The notes under the pieces are model-generated. The model made no database searches. It saw only the letters and a program-made list of their open reading frames with translations, and was not told the DNA's origin. DNA of 63,971 nt, filler included, from Vezdaea acicularis (Eukaryota): NCBI GenBank assembly GCA_026025075.1. It is 3 parts of 3 records of this genome, joined end to end, with 100 filler letters (N's around TTAATTAATTAA, not from the genome) between each part and the next. Parts side by side here need not be neighbours in the genome. Positions count along the whole stretch, not along the records: positions 27,700 to 54,708 come from JAPEUI010000175.1; positions 54,809 to 63,971 come from JAPEUI010000267.1; 1 more part is not named here. One strand, 5' to 3'. Shown here one piece after another: positions 52,933 through 63,971 of the stretch; the stretch's first letter is position 1; every line of letters starts with the position of its first letter. A program made the position numbers and the translations under genes.

Positions 52933-54456
52933 ATGTTCGGTTCCGCACCCGGAGCCTCCGCCACCGGTGGCCCAACCGCGAAAAGCTCACTTTTCAAACG
53001 CCCGGCATGGTCGAAACCTGCCGAGACAGCAACGCCCGCAGACCTGTTCAGCCGCTCAAAAGATACGTATGCGGATTTTGTGAAGAATGCGGAGGAGCAG
53101 AAACGGGTAAGGAGGGAGAGGAGGGCGGCGAGAGAGGCGGCGCACCGGGAACGGAGTGCGGAGGAGGGAGGAAGGGGGAAGAGGAGGAAGGTTGGTAGTG
53201 AGGAGGAGAGTGGGGAGGAGGAGGTTGGGGAAGGGTAAGTGTCTTTTAAGATCTGCTGTAATTCCTTGGAGTTTGCGCTCATATGGAATGTAGAGCACCA
53301 GCAGCTCCAGAACGTAGCCCCTCAAAGTCCAAAACACCCCAACTACTATCACCAGTCGCAGTGGTAGAACCGCGAGAGAGTCTGTCTAAAAGCTACGAAG
53401 CGAACGTAAAGGACTCTACCGATCCTACACTGAACGCCATATCTCTCTCAGACGACGAGCCCGCTCCCATCGAAACACCCGCCAGCCCAACCAACCCCTC
53501 GCCGCACGACGACCATGACCCCAGCCCCGCTCTCCCCACAGTCGACATCACCACCCTCAGCGACTCCGAAGACGACTTCTCCGAGCTAACGCGGCGAATC
53601 CGCGAACGCCAGCGCCTCAAGCGCCTCGAAACCGAAGGCCTTACAACCACGCCCGACCGAGCCCCATCCCTCAACAATCGCGCCGGCCCGCAACCAGCCC
53701 CCAGCCACTCTGCCACCGAAACACACCCTCTAGGCCCCGTCATAACCATCTACGTAACCTCCCAACTGCCGCATACCAAACACCTAGACTTCAAACGCCG
53801 GCTCGGGGCGCGGCTGAAGGAGGTGCGGCAGGCATGGTGCAAAACGCACTCTCTCGACGCGGCGACGGCGGCAAGCGTCTTCCTCACGTGGCGCGGCCGG
53901 CGCGTGTTCGACGCAACGAGTATGCGCAGTCTGGGCATTACTGTGGATGAGATGGGGACGGTCTCGGCGGCGGAGAAGCCGGTGGAAGAGGCGTGGGGCG
54001 CGGAGCAGAAGGTTTGGATGCAGATGGTTACGGAGGAGATGTTTGAGGCGGAGAGGAGGGCGCGGGAGGAGGAAAGGCGGAGGGGCCTGCTAGGAGAGGA
54101 GGTGGGGGAGGAGTCCCTGATGGATGAAGTGCAGGATCCGCCGCTCGTTAAGATCGGGCTTGTCTTGAAGGCGAAGGGGAAGCCGGATGTAGGGATGCGC
54201 GTTAATCCCGTAAGTTCTCTCCCTCCCCCCCTCGGGTTTCATGAAACAGCTCGCTCGTGGGAAAGAGCAGCCTGGCTCACAGAACCTATAGACCACCACC
54301 GTCGCTCAAATGATAAGCCACTACCGCGCCCAACGCCAACTCGCCGACTCCGCCCCCCTCTTCCTCATGTTCGACGGCGACAAGCTGGATCCCGCGCAGA
54401 CCGTCGAGCAGCTGGATCTCGAAGACGAGGAAAGTCTCGAGGTACATTTCAAGTAA
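52933..54456 (+). CDS. Rad60/Esc2-type SUMO-like domain protein, three exons (introns ~53235-53293 and 54210-54291)
   Basis: LFKRPAW and DLFSRSKD N-terminus. SLD1 reads ITIYVTSQLPHTKHL...RLKEVRQAWC...VFLTWRGRRVFD. SLD2 ends LFLMFDGDKLDPAQTVEQLDLEDEESLEVHFK*. Confidence 0.85.
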
Positions 54457-54708
54457 TGAAGACGCTGCTACACCCGCGCTGGTCGCAGCATTGGGTTGGA
54501 ATGAGAAAGTTGGGTTGGAAGGGGGTTTACGCTTTTTTGAGGCTGGGAATACTGGCGGATGAATAGACTTGCGAAGGACTCTGCTTTGGTCCTTAGATAG
54601 CTTGCCCCAAAAAAGGAGCTATCTTCTTTAGAAAGTAGAACAAAAACGTCTGCTCAGTCTCTCCAGTTATATCCCCTTGTTCCTGAGCGGAGATACCTCC
54701 TACCCACC

Positions 54709-54808
54709 NNNNNNNNNNNNNNNNNNNNNNNNNNNNNNNNNNNNNNNNNNNNTTAATTAATTAANNNNNNNNNNNNNNNNNNNNNNNNNNNNNNNNNNNN
54801 NNNNNNNN
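54709..54808. other. Artificial contig-joining spacer (N44-TTAATTAATTAA-N44)
   Basis: Same 100-nt design as 27600-27699. Confidence 0.97.
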
Positions 54809-55029
54809 AACCCCCTTCTCCATCTCCTGAGCACAAAGGCGACCGCAAAGTCATCTTCGCAACCGGCGGCATCACGACGGGCGCCCAGGCGCAGCAGGTC
54901 CTTGACGCTGGCGCGTCCGTCGCGATGGTGTATACAGCGCTCGTGTACGGAGGCGTGGGGACGGTCACGAGGATGAAGAGTGAGATGCTAGAGGCGAGGA
55001 GGCGGGGGAGAGAAGAGCGGGTGCGGTAG
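54809..55029 (+). CDS. C-terminal fragment of class 2 (mitochondrial) dihydroorotate dehydrogenase
   Basis: KVIFATGGITTGAQAQQVLDAGASVAMVYTALVYGGVGTVTRMKSEM matches the FMN phosphate-binding end of DHODH; truncated by the spacer. Confidence 0.82.
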
Positions 55030-55311
55030 GCGGATTGGTGGTGGATTGGTCTTGGGAGAGGGAAGGTGGGGAGAGGGAGTATGGATGGGATATACTCAGT
55101 CATTGTTTGGTCGAGTGTGGAGGGTTGGTCGGATGATGGAGCCCGGTTTCGTGGAACGGGGGATTGTCCATGTCGGAGCAGACCCTTTTGTTTAACGGGA
55201 GGTTGCTGATGAAGATAACGAGGCTTCGCTCGCGTAATGGGAGGTCTCCATATCATGACAGCTCTCCTATACATTACTTGTCGCCAACGTGATACTCCCC
55301 TCTAAACCCCA

Positions 55312-56229
55312 TCAACCCTCTACCTCCCCCTCTCCCAACCCCCCCACCTCCCTAATAACCTCCCTCAGATCCTTTACCCCATGCCCAAACCGTCCAAGAA
55401 ACAACCCCTCAAGCACCTCCTCCCCCCCCATCTCCTTCCGCAACATACTCCACAACCCCCTCCCCGCCGCCCCCCCATAAACCACCCTTATCCTCCCCTC
55501 CCTCCCCGGCAACGCCGCCCGGAACGCTCTGACGACGCCGATAACATGCCTCGCGCTCGCTGGCACCGCCGCGCCGATCGCCCAGACGGGTTCGTATGCG
55601 ATGACCACCTCTGCGCTGCTCGGGAGGAGGGAGAAGATGGGGAGGAGCTGGGTGGTGCATGTTTCCGCGGCTGCGGAAATAGCTGTTGAGTCGGAGGCGG
55701 AGTCAGTGGGCGGCGGCGGTGTGTTCTCGCCGATGCAGATGATGGGAATCATCCCCGCGTTGACGATCAGCGAGGATTTCTGTGCGACAACCGCGTCCGT
55801 CTCCTGGAACAGCCGGCGGCGCTCCGCGTGTCCTACTAATGCGTACTTACACCCCATCTGCGCCAGGTGGGAGGCGGGGAGTTCGCCCGTATACGCTCCA
55901 GGGGGGTACGCGGAGGACGTTTGGGAGCCAAGCTGGACTGAGGGGTTTGGCACATCGGAGGAGAAGGAGGAGGAAGGGAGAAGGCCGAGGCGTTGGGCGC
56001 AGGCGTGCAGGGTTAGTGGGGAGGGGAGCAGGAAGAGTTCGGTGTGCTGTAGGAGGGGGGAGGAGGGCGGGAATTCGTCGAGGAGGGAGGAGAGGTAGGT
56101 GAGGGTTTGGGGTAGGTCGAAGTAGGTCTTTAGGCTGATGCCCACGAGGTATTTCTTCGGGGAGGCCGGGGGTTGGGGGGGTGCTGGTTGGAGAGGAGTG
56201 GTGCTGCTGGTGGCGCTGGTGCTGGACAT
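55312..56229 (-). CDS. Triosephosphate-isomerase-family paralog (non-canonical), intronless
   Basis: VGISLKTYF, GAYTGE, LVGHAERR, IICIGE, IAYEPVWAIGA, VVYGG and GLFLGRF. Confidence 0.88.
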   Translation of the reverse strand: MSSTSATSSTTPLQPAPPQPPASPKKYLVGISLKTYFDLPQTLTYLSSLLDEFPPSSPLLQHTELFLLPSPLTLHACAQRLGLLPSSSFSSDVPNPSVQLGSQTSSAYPPGAYTGELPASHLAQMGCKYALVGHAERRRLFQETDAVVAQKSSLIVNAGMIPIICIGENTPPPPTDSASDSTAISAAAETCTTQLLPIFSLLPSSAEVVIAYEPVWAIGAAVPASARHVIGVVRAFRAALPGREGRIRVVYGGAAGRGLWSMLRKEMGGEEVLEGLFLGRFGHGVKDLREVIREVGGLGEGEVEG

Positions 56230-56700
56230 CGCGGTTGTTGGTGGTGAAGAACAGAAAGAGAGGATGTAGACGGGAATCGAGACGCGGGCGGACGGTTCGA
56301 TGCGCGTGCTACATGGGGCGGGACGGGTAAAAAGGCAGTGGGAGCAATAAGGCTGTGAGGCTCAAGATGCCGTGCCGCACGGGTGGGAAAAAAAAGAGGG
56401 AACTGGCGGGGTAAAAAAAAAGGCGTAGCGTGGTGGAACGCGGCAAGCGCCCGGAAGATTGAAGCACATCGCAAGAGCCCAGACAAGACAGTCTTTGCAC
56501 AGATGCGCCCCCTTCCTTCATTACTATAATCTGTGTTTTTTAAGCTGGTGAGGCATACCTCCGCCGCCACTTCTCAACATCCTCACCCCCCAAAAATACA
56601 AAAACGCAGTCCCAAACTCCCCCATGTACGCATGACCAAGAGAGGGCCGGCGTGGCCGCCTTGCGGCGACAACGCCTACCATCGATCCATCCATGCGCAC

Positions 56701-56905
56701 CCGTTCGACGGCAATCATGGCTCCTTAAGGCCAACACTTTTGCCGTCTAATGATCTTCTAGTCGGCTGTCCCATTCGACAGCCAACATGGCTCCTAAAGG
56801 CCAACACTTTTGCCGTGTCATGATGTTCTAGTCGTCAATGCCGTTCGACGGCAATCATGGCTCCTTAAGGCCAACACTCTTGCCGTCGGATGATCTTCTA
56901 GTGGT
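56701..56905. repeat. Tandem repeat, three copies of an exact 70-bp period, with internal inverted repeats
   Basis: Units start at 56701, 56771 and 56841: cc[g/a]ttcgac[g/a]gc...catggctcct[t/a]aaggccaacact.ttgccgt...atgat.ttctagt. Confidence 0.95.
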
Positions 56906-57017
56906 CCGTCTATACGCGATGAAAATGCCTAGTTCCTGTCTAATACCCATATGCCGGCCTATGCAAAAACTTTTCCGTCCCAATTTTTTGTTGATGGTGT
57001 ATGATGATGCGATGTTA

Positions 57018-58418
57018 TCATTGTACGAGGTCGCGTCCCCATGTTTCGTAGTCGGTGTAATCTTCCGTGTTATTCCCGTTGTATGTGAAGCCATTCGGAG
57101 CGCCAGTTTGGTTCTGGCTCTGGTTCTGGTTGTTGCTGTTGCTGTTGCTGTCAGTGTTGTTGAATTGCTGGAAAGCGTAAAAGGTCATGGCGGGCGCCCC
57201 ATTCGAAGGGCTTGATGTGGCATTGTAAGCTGGCGCGGTCATTCCAGCAGATTCGCTGCACGTCATCGCAGGGTTGACGAAAGCCGCCATCGGTTCTTCC
57301 TCAAAGCTCAACGTCACTTCGATTCCACTTGACCTGGAAAAAGGTCCTCGATTGGCGTTTGACATGGGGTTATGTGTTGCGGTTACGCTGGGAGCCAGGA
57401 TGCTGTCACTGAAGTTGAACGACGCGCGGCTCCATTCAGATGTCCGCTGCATTTCCCTTGTCTGAATTTCAGAGGTCAGGCCAATCATTTCGTCGGCTTC
57501 ACCGGTGAGACTGCTCATGTCGTTTGCCGGGCTCGTCAAGCTCATCGCCGCGACTCCAGATGTCAGTGGCTGGCTGAATGCCGTATCAAAAACAGTGTCC
57601 CCGCTACCCTCCTGTTTCGCGAGACCAATGGGGTACATGCCTTCGATGCTGAAGTTGTGCGACGACCTATTGCTCGGGGTCTCTGACTTGATTGGACTTC
57701 TTGGACTCGACCCAGCGGTAGATGGACTTCGACGCTTGTGAGGCCCCGGGTGGGACTTCTTGACATGTGCCGAGGCATGCGAGAGATGCGTCAAGTGATG
57801 AGGGTTCCCTCGCCGAACAGAACACTTGGAGAAATGCCGCTTCAAGATATCCGACCGACAGAAGGTGTCACTGCACAAGACGCACATGTATGGACGTTCT
57901 CCGGTATCTGCAGAACGATGTTAGCACCTATCGACTAGACCAAGACAGCGGGGCCGCTACTCACGCCTTAAGAGATGCCGCTTCAGATGCTTGGCGTGCA
58001 AATAGACCTTGGAACAATGTGCACATGGCCATTTCCCGTCTGCCCTCGGACCTAGGTCTGCATTCCGGAGGTTCTGGGAATCCGCCATATCTGCCGGTAC
58101 CTCAGGGCGTCCTGGATCACTAGGAAGAACGCCTCGACGACCTTGCTGACCGACGAAGCGCTGTGATGCCATCATGGGCTCCGGGAACGCTGAAGGGTCG
58201 AAAATAGGAAGGGGCGGATGGAATTGGGTGTAAGGGTTCCCTTGACCAGTGTAGATCGGATGCATGTATGCATTGGGATCATCGGGATTCGTAAATCGCA
58301 TCGAGTTTAGAAGCGGTGCGGGTAGTAAGTGTGGAAACGAGCGTCGGCGAGGGTCATCATGGGCAAGCGGGCGTTCCCAAGTTGTCCTCGAGAGAGGAGG
58401 GACCATAGGCGATGACAT
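57018..58418 (-). CDS. C2H2 zinc-finger transcription factor, RfeC-like, intron 57908-57964
   Basis: ADGKWPCAHCSKVYLHAKHLKRHLLR/HTGERPYMCVLCSDTFCRSDILKRHFSKCSVRRGNP, with an N/Q/S-rich C-terminus. Confidence 0.88.
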
Positions 58419-59935
58419 GGCATGGATGGCGAGAGTCGAAGAGGGTGTGAGGGTGAAAAGAAGGAGAAGGGTAATGGAATTGAAGGAAGGAAGAATATAT
58501 AACGAGCGTGAGGGTCAAGACGAAGAATGAATAATTGCCTGGCAGCAGCAGAGCAAGCAGCACCAGCGCCGTTGCTTTCCAGTCGATTTGTTCCGGCGCT
58601 AGCGAAGCCCTGGCCGCCAGGAGGCGTCGGCCACTGGGCTCGGGCTTGGCAGAGCTGGCGCTCGCTGCTGCAGCGCTCACTTGCGTTTCTTCCAGGCTAG
58701 GCCCAACGCATGCTAGGCCGCCTGGACGGAACACGGCCTCCTCGCGCACTTCCTCGGCCAAATGGAGCGGCTTCTGCGCAACCGCTGGTTTGGGAGGGGG
58801 GAGACGGCGTTGGTGGGCTACGTAGCGGACGGCGTGCAAGTGGTGGTGGGTTCAAGATCTTTCTGCTTCGCACGTGAAGGCCTCTCTCGCCCGCCAAGCC
58901 AATCTGTTGAGGACTCGAGAACGAGGGAGCGCGCAGGGAGAGAGGAGAGAGACACCGAGAGAGGACGGAGAGGACAGAGACGTCGATGGCTGGATTGACC
59001 AATGAGCCGGCCTGTGCACGACATTGTGGCTCCGAAGGCAAACATCCTCTCACCTCCGTCGTCCTCGCCCTCGATCTTATCGCCACTCGCCCAGTGATGC
59101 CATTTCGGAAAGGGGAAGTGTTATCCGATCGAGCGTACCTCTCTCCCCCTTGATCGAGCGCTGGGACCAGCGAGCCCGCACCGACGCATGGCAATACTGG
59201 GGAAAATTCAAGACACTGACGACGTTTCACCGGTCACTCGAGATTTCCCCATGTGTCCATGCCCATACCGTCTCCAGACGTGCCTTGTCAGCGGCGGGCT
59301 CCGCAGGTGTTCTTTTGCGAGCTGACTTGGCTGGATCGAGCAGGTCGAAGCAGCGTGGTAGCGAAATGCCTAGGCGGTCAAACACGACCACAGACAGACA
59401 GACCGGCATGGTGAGAGTACTTTTTTTTCGCCTCGATGACAGTCAGACACGATGCTCGTGGTCACGCTGCATTTACCGGCCTGAACCGTGACGTTGGGCA
59501 ACACGCCCGGTTCAGGTATCAATTTGCTCTTTTCAAATGTCCATCTTTCTGGTTGCCCGGGATCAATGACAATTCAGCACGTGAACCCAAGAATTGTGGG
59601 CAGATGCGAGCTCAAAAACGATGAAAAGTGACATTATCACGGGCGTGCTCGTCGCCGAGTACACCCTCTATGAATCGAGCAGTGCTCGTGTGCGTGAGCC
59701 CGACCTATCAAGAGAGCGGAAGTACCAAATGGTTTCCTCGTGCGAGAATATCGGCGAAGCTATCCTATGTGCATGCACTGATCCCAGTTTGCCTGAACGC
59801 CAGTCCGGGTCCCTCCTGACCATCCTTCCCACGGAAAAGAAACAGGTCCCATCTCTTGGTACATTTCGGCATCGTCGTTGCTACGTCTCACCTGAGACAG
59901 ATTCCCAACGAGCCGTGACGCATCCTACTTGCCAA

Positions 59936-60442
59936 TCATAGACTGAGCCTATCCATGCTCAGTCTGTCGACGCTCCGGTGTCTCCGCGCCATGCCTAAAG
60001 GGTAATACTTCTCTTCTCCTCCAGGACTCCTACCGCCGATATACCACTTCTCGGCACCAATAACGTCGCGGAAGCCTTCTGTGGAGCTGCTCGAACTACT
60101 TCGTCGGCGGCTCGATCCACCCATGGCCGAGCCGGTTGAGCCCGCCGATGTGGCTGGTGACGGAGAGGTCGGAGAGGTCGAGGCTTGGCGTGCTGATTGA
60201 AGGTTCGTTGCTGCTTGAACAGCAGCACTGGTGGGGCCGGATGAGGCTTGAGCAGCTTGGGCAGCTTTCGTCGCGATGGACCGTGGATTCGAATGGGATA
60301 CCGAAGTTGGCGATGTGCGACTGGCTGCTGATGACGCAGAGGTGGATGCTGCAACCGTGCTATTGGTCTTGGCCTTTTGGATTGCGGAGTGGGCACGGAA
60401 GGCGGCGAGGAAGTTCGACAGGAAGCTCCTTTGCGTCGGCAT
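59936..60442 (-). CDS. Small conserved fungal Ser/Ala-rich hypothetical protein
   Basis: MPTQRSFLSNFLAAFRA...EGFRDVIGAEKWYIGGRSPGGEEKYYPLGM...DRLSMDRLSL; conserved-looking ends flank a low-complexity middle. Confidence 0.78.
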   Translation of the reverse strand: MPTQRSFLSNFLAAFRAHSAIQKAKTNSTVAASTSASSAASRTSPTSVSHSNPRSIATKAAQAAQASSGPTSAAVQAATNLQSARQASTSPTSPSPATSAGSTGSAMGGSSRRRSSSSSSTEGFRDVIGAEKWYIGGRSPGGEEKYYPLGMARRHRSVDRLSMDRLSL

Positions 60443-62011
60443 CGTGAGGAATGAGTATCTTGATATAGAGCTCACACAACGGCGGGAAGAAGGGTTGTTG
60501 ATGAAGCCACTCCAACCACGAGGAGGTCAAGATAAAGTTGAGATGACCTTGGATTAAAGTTGCGAAGGGGCACACGCCGTGCGTAGTGCAGAGTGGAGAA
60601 AGAAGCCTCGAGCGGGAAAGCTCCACAGTTTATGGCTCCTTTCGTCTCGACGGCTCCACCCAAGCCAATGTTAGCTTCAGCGCAACTCCCGGTTGACGGG
60701 TGACAGCTGCTAGTGAAGGTGGGGAATGTTGGTCTTGCTGATAAGTAGCCGTGGGTCGAGAGTGGGTTCGGTCTCCTTTGCAATACGGCCTCTAGTTGGT
60801 TCCTTGGCCGATCATGTCACCAAGACGCAACGTGCTTTCGGAAGAGGTTTCTCCAAATCCTGGTTCGCTCCGGCTCCCCCCGCCAAAAATCTCCCATCCG
60901 AGCGAGACCGAATTCCTGGTCGCACTTGGAAGCGGGGCCCGATGCCGAACGACAATATCAAAGGAGTATACACATCGGTGGCACGCATTCTTGGCACCAG
61001 TTGCGATCTCACTAGAGTACACCCAGACTATCTCTGGCTTCCGTTGACGATGATTGTGTCACGAGAGGGTGTCCGTCACGTGCGCTGGAGGTGGGCTATT
61101 GGCGAGGGGCGCCCGATTTCACATGTCGCTTGCACTCGGCTTAGGGCTCACCTTTCAGAGATTTTCAGAGATTTTTCAGTCCTGTTTATTGTGACTCACA
61201 GCTGTCACGTCTAGCTTCTCACGTGTCGGTCGTGTTTCAATAGGTATCTCAAGCGGAGCCTTGTAATGTCACAATTCCCGTCACGTCACGGGATCAGGCC
61301 TCTAGATCATCTCGGGGTACAAGCTTGTGCAAATACCTTTGACCTCCGTTGGCACGCGCTAAAAGAGAAGCTCTGCAACAGGTTATTTTAGTAGAAAGAC
61401 GTGGAATCACACGTGGCGTGCGAGAACGCCTAATCGCTGCAAAACCCAGGCGTCCACGGCGTCGAGGGAGTTTGCCTTGCATGTCACTCAGGCTGGTAGC
61501 CGCCAGCCTCACGGTACTTTACCATACCATTGCATACGGACGCGTCGCACTTTTCGCCAAGTTCGCAGGTGCCCGCCAGTCGGACGAATCAGGAGACGTC
61601 GCCGAGCAGCACTGCCTCCCCACAATCGAGCGCCTTTACCTTCTCAATCACGCATCACGACGGTTTCGGACGTGGCTTGCAAGATGTGAGAGCGAAGCTT
61701 CTAAGTCTCTGCAAAGGGCCAGCATTGTTCCTGCTTGCCACTCGGTGCTCGCCCTACTTTATTTACAGCACTTCCCCCAAAGCTGCACAGCTTTGATGTT
61801 GAGCTCTCTTTCTCTCTCATCTCTTCTCAACTCTCCGATCATGCCTTTGCGTTGATTCACTCAGGAATCAATATGAGCCCCGACTTCCGATGACCAAGGC
61901 TGTCACTGTGCTTTGAGTCTCACTATTTGGTCAATTTCCTAAGCAACAGAGCTATACAACCTTTGTTGCCGCAAGCCTGCCGTATCTCCCCCTACATCAC
62001 CTCAACTCCCA

Positions 62012-63954
62012 ATGGCTTCGTCTATATCATCCCCACCCAGCCCGGAAGTTGAGAGAGCGACTTCTGTGACCCTTTCCAAAGTGGCTACTGGGGATGAGAA
62101 TGCCAACACGGCTGGAGCGATGAGTCGAAGGAAACCCTTGTCTCCCACTGCGTCGATTCGAGGCCCAGTAGCCTCGCCCACGTCACTGCCACCCACATCA
62201 CTGCCGACGAGCCCGGAGAGTGGAAGGGCACCTTTTATGGCTTCATCTGACATGATATCTGGGGCAGCTGGACTATTCAATTGGCGGCTGTCAGATATGC
62301 CGAGCCCCGAGATAGGGAGGGGGACGCCGAGAGTCAATTCCGATGCGACCTTTGGTGACGATGGCCGTGAGGCGATTGGCCCACTAGAACGGCCAAACTC
62401 ACCCGGGGCTCCGGCGTTCAAGTACGAAGAGCGCGAGCGAAATCCCTCTATTCAAACGGTACAAGTTGGACCGGTACCTGACCCACGCCCAGATGCTATT
62501 GAGTTACGGGCACAAGATACGGGCCCAGCAAACATACCATCACCGCGAAGAGGCCATGCTGAGCTCTATGGAAGTTTGGGAGGAGTACAACGGGGCTTGA
62601 GCGACAGAAGTAGTAGCCGGGCAAACAGCCCTAAAGCGTTTGATCCACCTGAACCACCCAAGACCATACGGTTCTTCGGTGTCAGCAGAAGTCGTCGCTT
62701 CTGCTTCAGGTTATTTGTCATAGGGGTGGTGATTGTCATCATCGTGATCGTGACTGGCTCTATCGTTGGAGCCAGGTGTTCTCATGGTCGTTGCAAGTAT
62801 GTAGTCTTTATTCTCTTCGCTATTGCACTTTGTGTATGTCCTTCCCTTCATGTCGCTTACAAGCTACCCCTAGAAAGCATCATACACCGCCTCCTCCTCC
62901 CTTCCTAGGCATTGCGCCTGGATCCGGATTCGTTGCCCTCGACGTTGGGGACAATTCCACTCAGATCAATGCGTACGCGCAACACGGTGATGGGTCCATC
63001 CGCCGTTTCCAATATTTGGACGGCAATTGGACGACCGTCACCGGCGATGAAGTCGTCACGCTCGTGGCAGGAGGGGCCCGACCTTCTACACCCCTGATGG
63101 CGTTAGCGTATACCCACCAGGGCGAGCACGTCTGGCACGTCTTCTATATCGCGGCAGACGGGACGTACCAGGACGCCGTCAACTCGGACAAGGCTCCCGG
63201 CTGGAATCCTGGCTTCCTCGGCCGTGGCGGCTACAAAGCGAACAAAAGTAATAATACGGGCCTGACGGCTTGCTTCGCCCCCACGTGGTACGGATATCCT
63301 TACGACGTCACCCAACCGGGCATACGCCTCTACATGGGGCTCGAGGACACGGTGCAGGAGTTCTACTGGACCTTTGGCCAGACCGCCTGGGGCCTGGGCT
63401 CGAATTTCTCCGGCCTCAACCCCGCCAGCGGCGTGGAATGCACCGGCCGCAACGCCAGCGTGATTAACCTCTGGGGCCAGTCCCGCGACGGCGGCGGCAC
63501 CTCCGGCCCCAACAGTCTCGCCGGCGGCGCCCCTCTCGCGCACTACTGGTTCGATTTCAACAACGCGACGAACTCGAGCGACCATCCCTCCCGCCAGTGG
63601 GTCAAGAGCAACGTCTCCTACCCCGGCCTCGCCGACCCCACCTCCATCAGCGTCATCACCACCGGCGACGACCGCCGCGTTCACGTCTCCCTCACCAATA
63701 GCACCGTCATGGAAATCCTCGTCAACGGCACCGCCGAGACGAGTACCCTCACCGGCGAGCTTCATCTCGTCCAGGACTCGTTCGGGGTCAGTGGCGTCAA
63801 GGGGACGAAGTTTGGTAGTGTCGTTCTGCAGACGCCTGAGAAGGGCTTCGATATCCATGTCCTCATGCAGACTCGGACGGATGCGGCGGCGGATCTGAGC
63901 AGGAATCTGCAGAGTGATGGCTGGCGAGTGCAGAATCTGACCGGGATCCAGTGA
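62012..63954 (+). CDS. Type II membrane protein with an extracellular fucose-specific-lectin-like beta-propeller, intron 62797-62873
   Basis: Disordered Ser/Pro N-terminus, then basic residues and a TM (LFVIGVVIVIIVIVTGSIVGA). A phase-compatible intron leads to blade-like motifs (INAYAQHGDGSIRRFQY..GNW, TPLMALAY, WHVFYIAADG, GWNPGFL, IRLYMG..DTVQEFYW...WGLG). Confidence 0.7.
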
Positions 63955-63971
63955 TGTTTTCTGTCTTTTTT

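Noticed and set aside
56701..56905. 70-bp repeat read as a CRISPR array, snoRNA cluster, hammerhead or SECIS
   Set aside because: There are no unique spacers and no cas genes, and the context is eukaryotic. I found no complete box C/D pair, no CUGANGA/GAAA core and no in-frame UGA gene nearby.
58420..59930. Overlapping ORFs upstream of the C2H2 factor
   Set aside because: No coding motifs; consistent with the long regulatory leader typical of fungal transcription-factor genes.

Overview
Gene-dense eukaryotic DNA from a filamentous ascomycete (Pezizomycotina), judged from short GT-AG introns with CTRAC-type branch points and fungal-type proteins. The window is three separately assembled pieces joined by two artificial 100-nt spacers (N44-TTAATTAATTAA-N44 at 27600-27699 and 54709-54808), so adjacency across them is unproven and genes are cut at both. 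About 27 protein-coding genes or fragments can be supported. Housekeeping genes: RMT2, a DUF2011-like gene, GT25, an SPT small subunit, CENP-I/Mis6, phosphoglycerate dehydrogenase, GLO1, a YOR1-type ABCC transporter, CYP15/PPWD1, FAR-17a/AIG1, a thioesterase, a PGM-like phosphatase, GFA1, Rad60/Esc2, a DHODH fragment, a TPI paralog and an RfeC-like C2H2 factor. Accessory genes: an intact HeLo-like/NACHT/19-ankyrin NLR, four orphan secreted proteins and a membrane-anchored lectin-like propeller. Best leads: (1) an unnamed secreted cysteine-rich domain (C-x-G-[PS]-L-P ... L-C ... N-x-G-x-x-C ... C-x3-C-x-C) in four copies across three dispersed genes; (2) a PGM-family gene whose frame closes only with a 49-nt AT-AC intron and which ends in a TFIIS-spaced zinc ribbon; (3) a 3x70-bp hairpin-forming tandem repeat in a probable 3' UTR; (4) recurring C-rich to G-rich skew switches. 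No rRNA, tRNA, CRISPR array or intact transposon was recognised. Family names come from motif recall, not from database searches.
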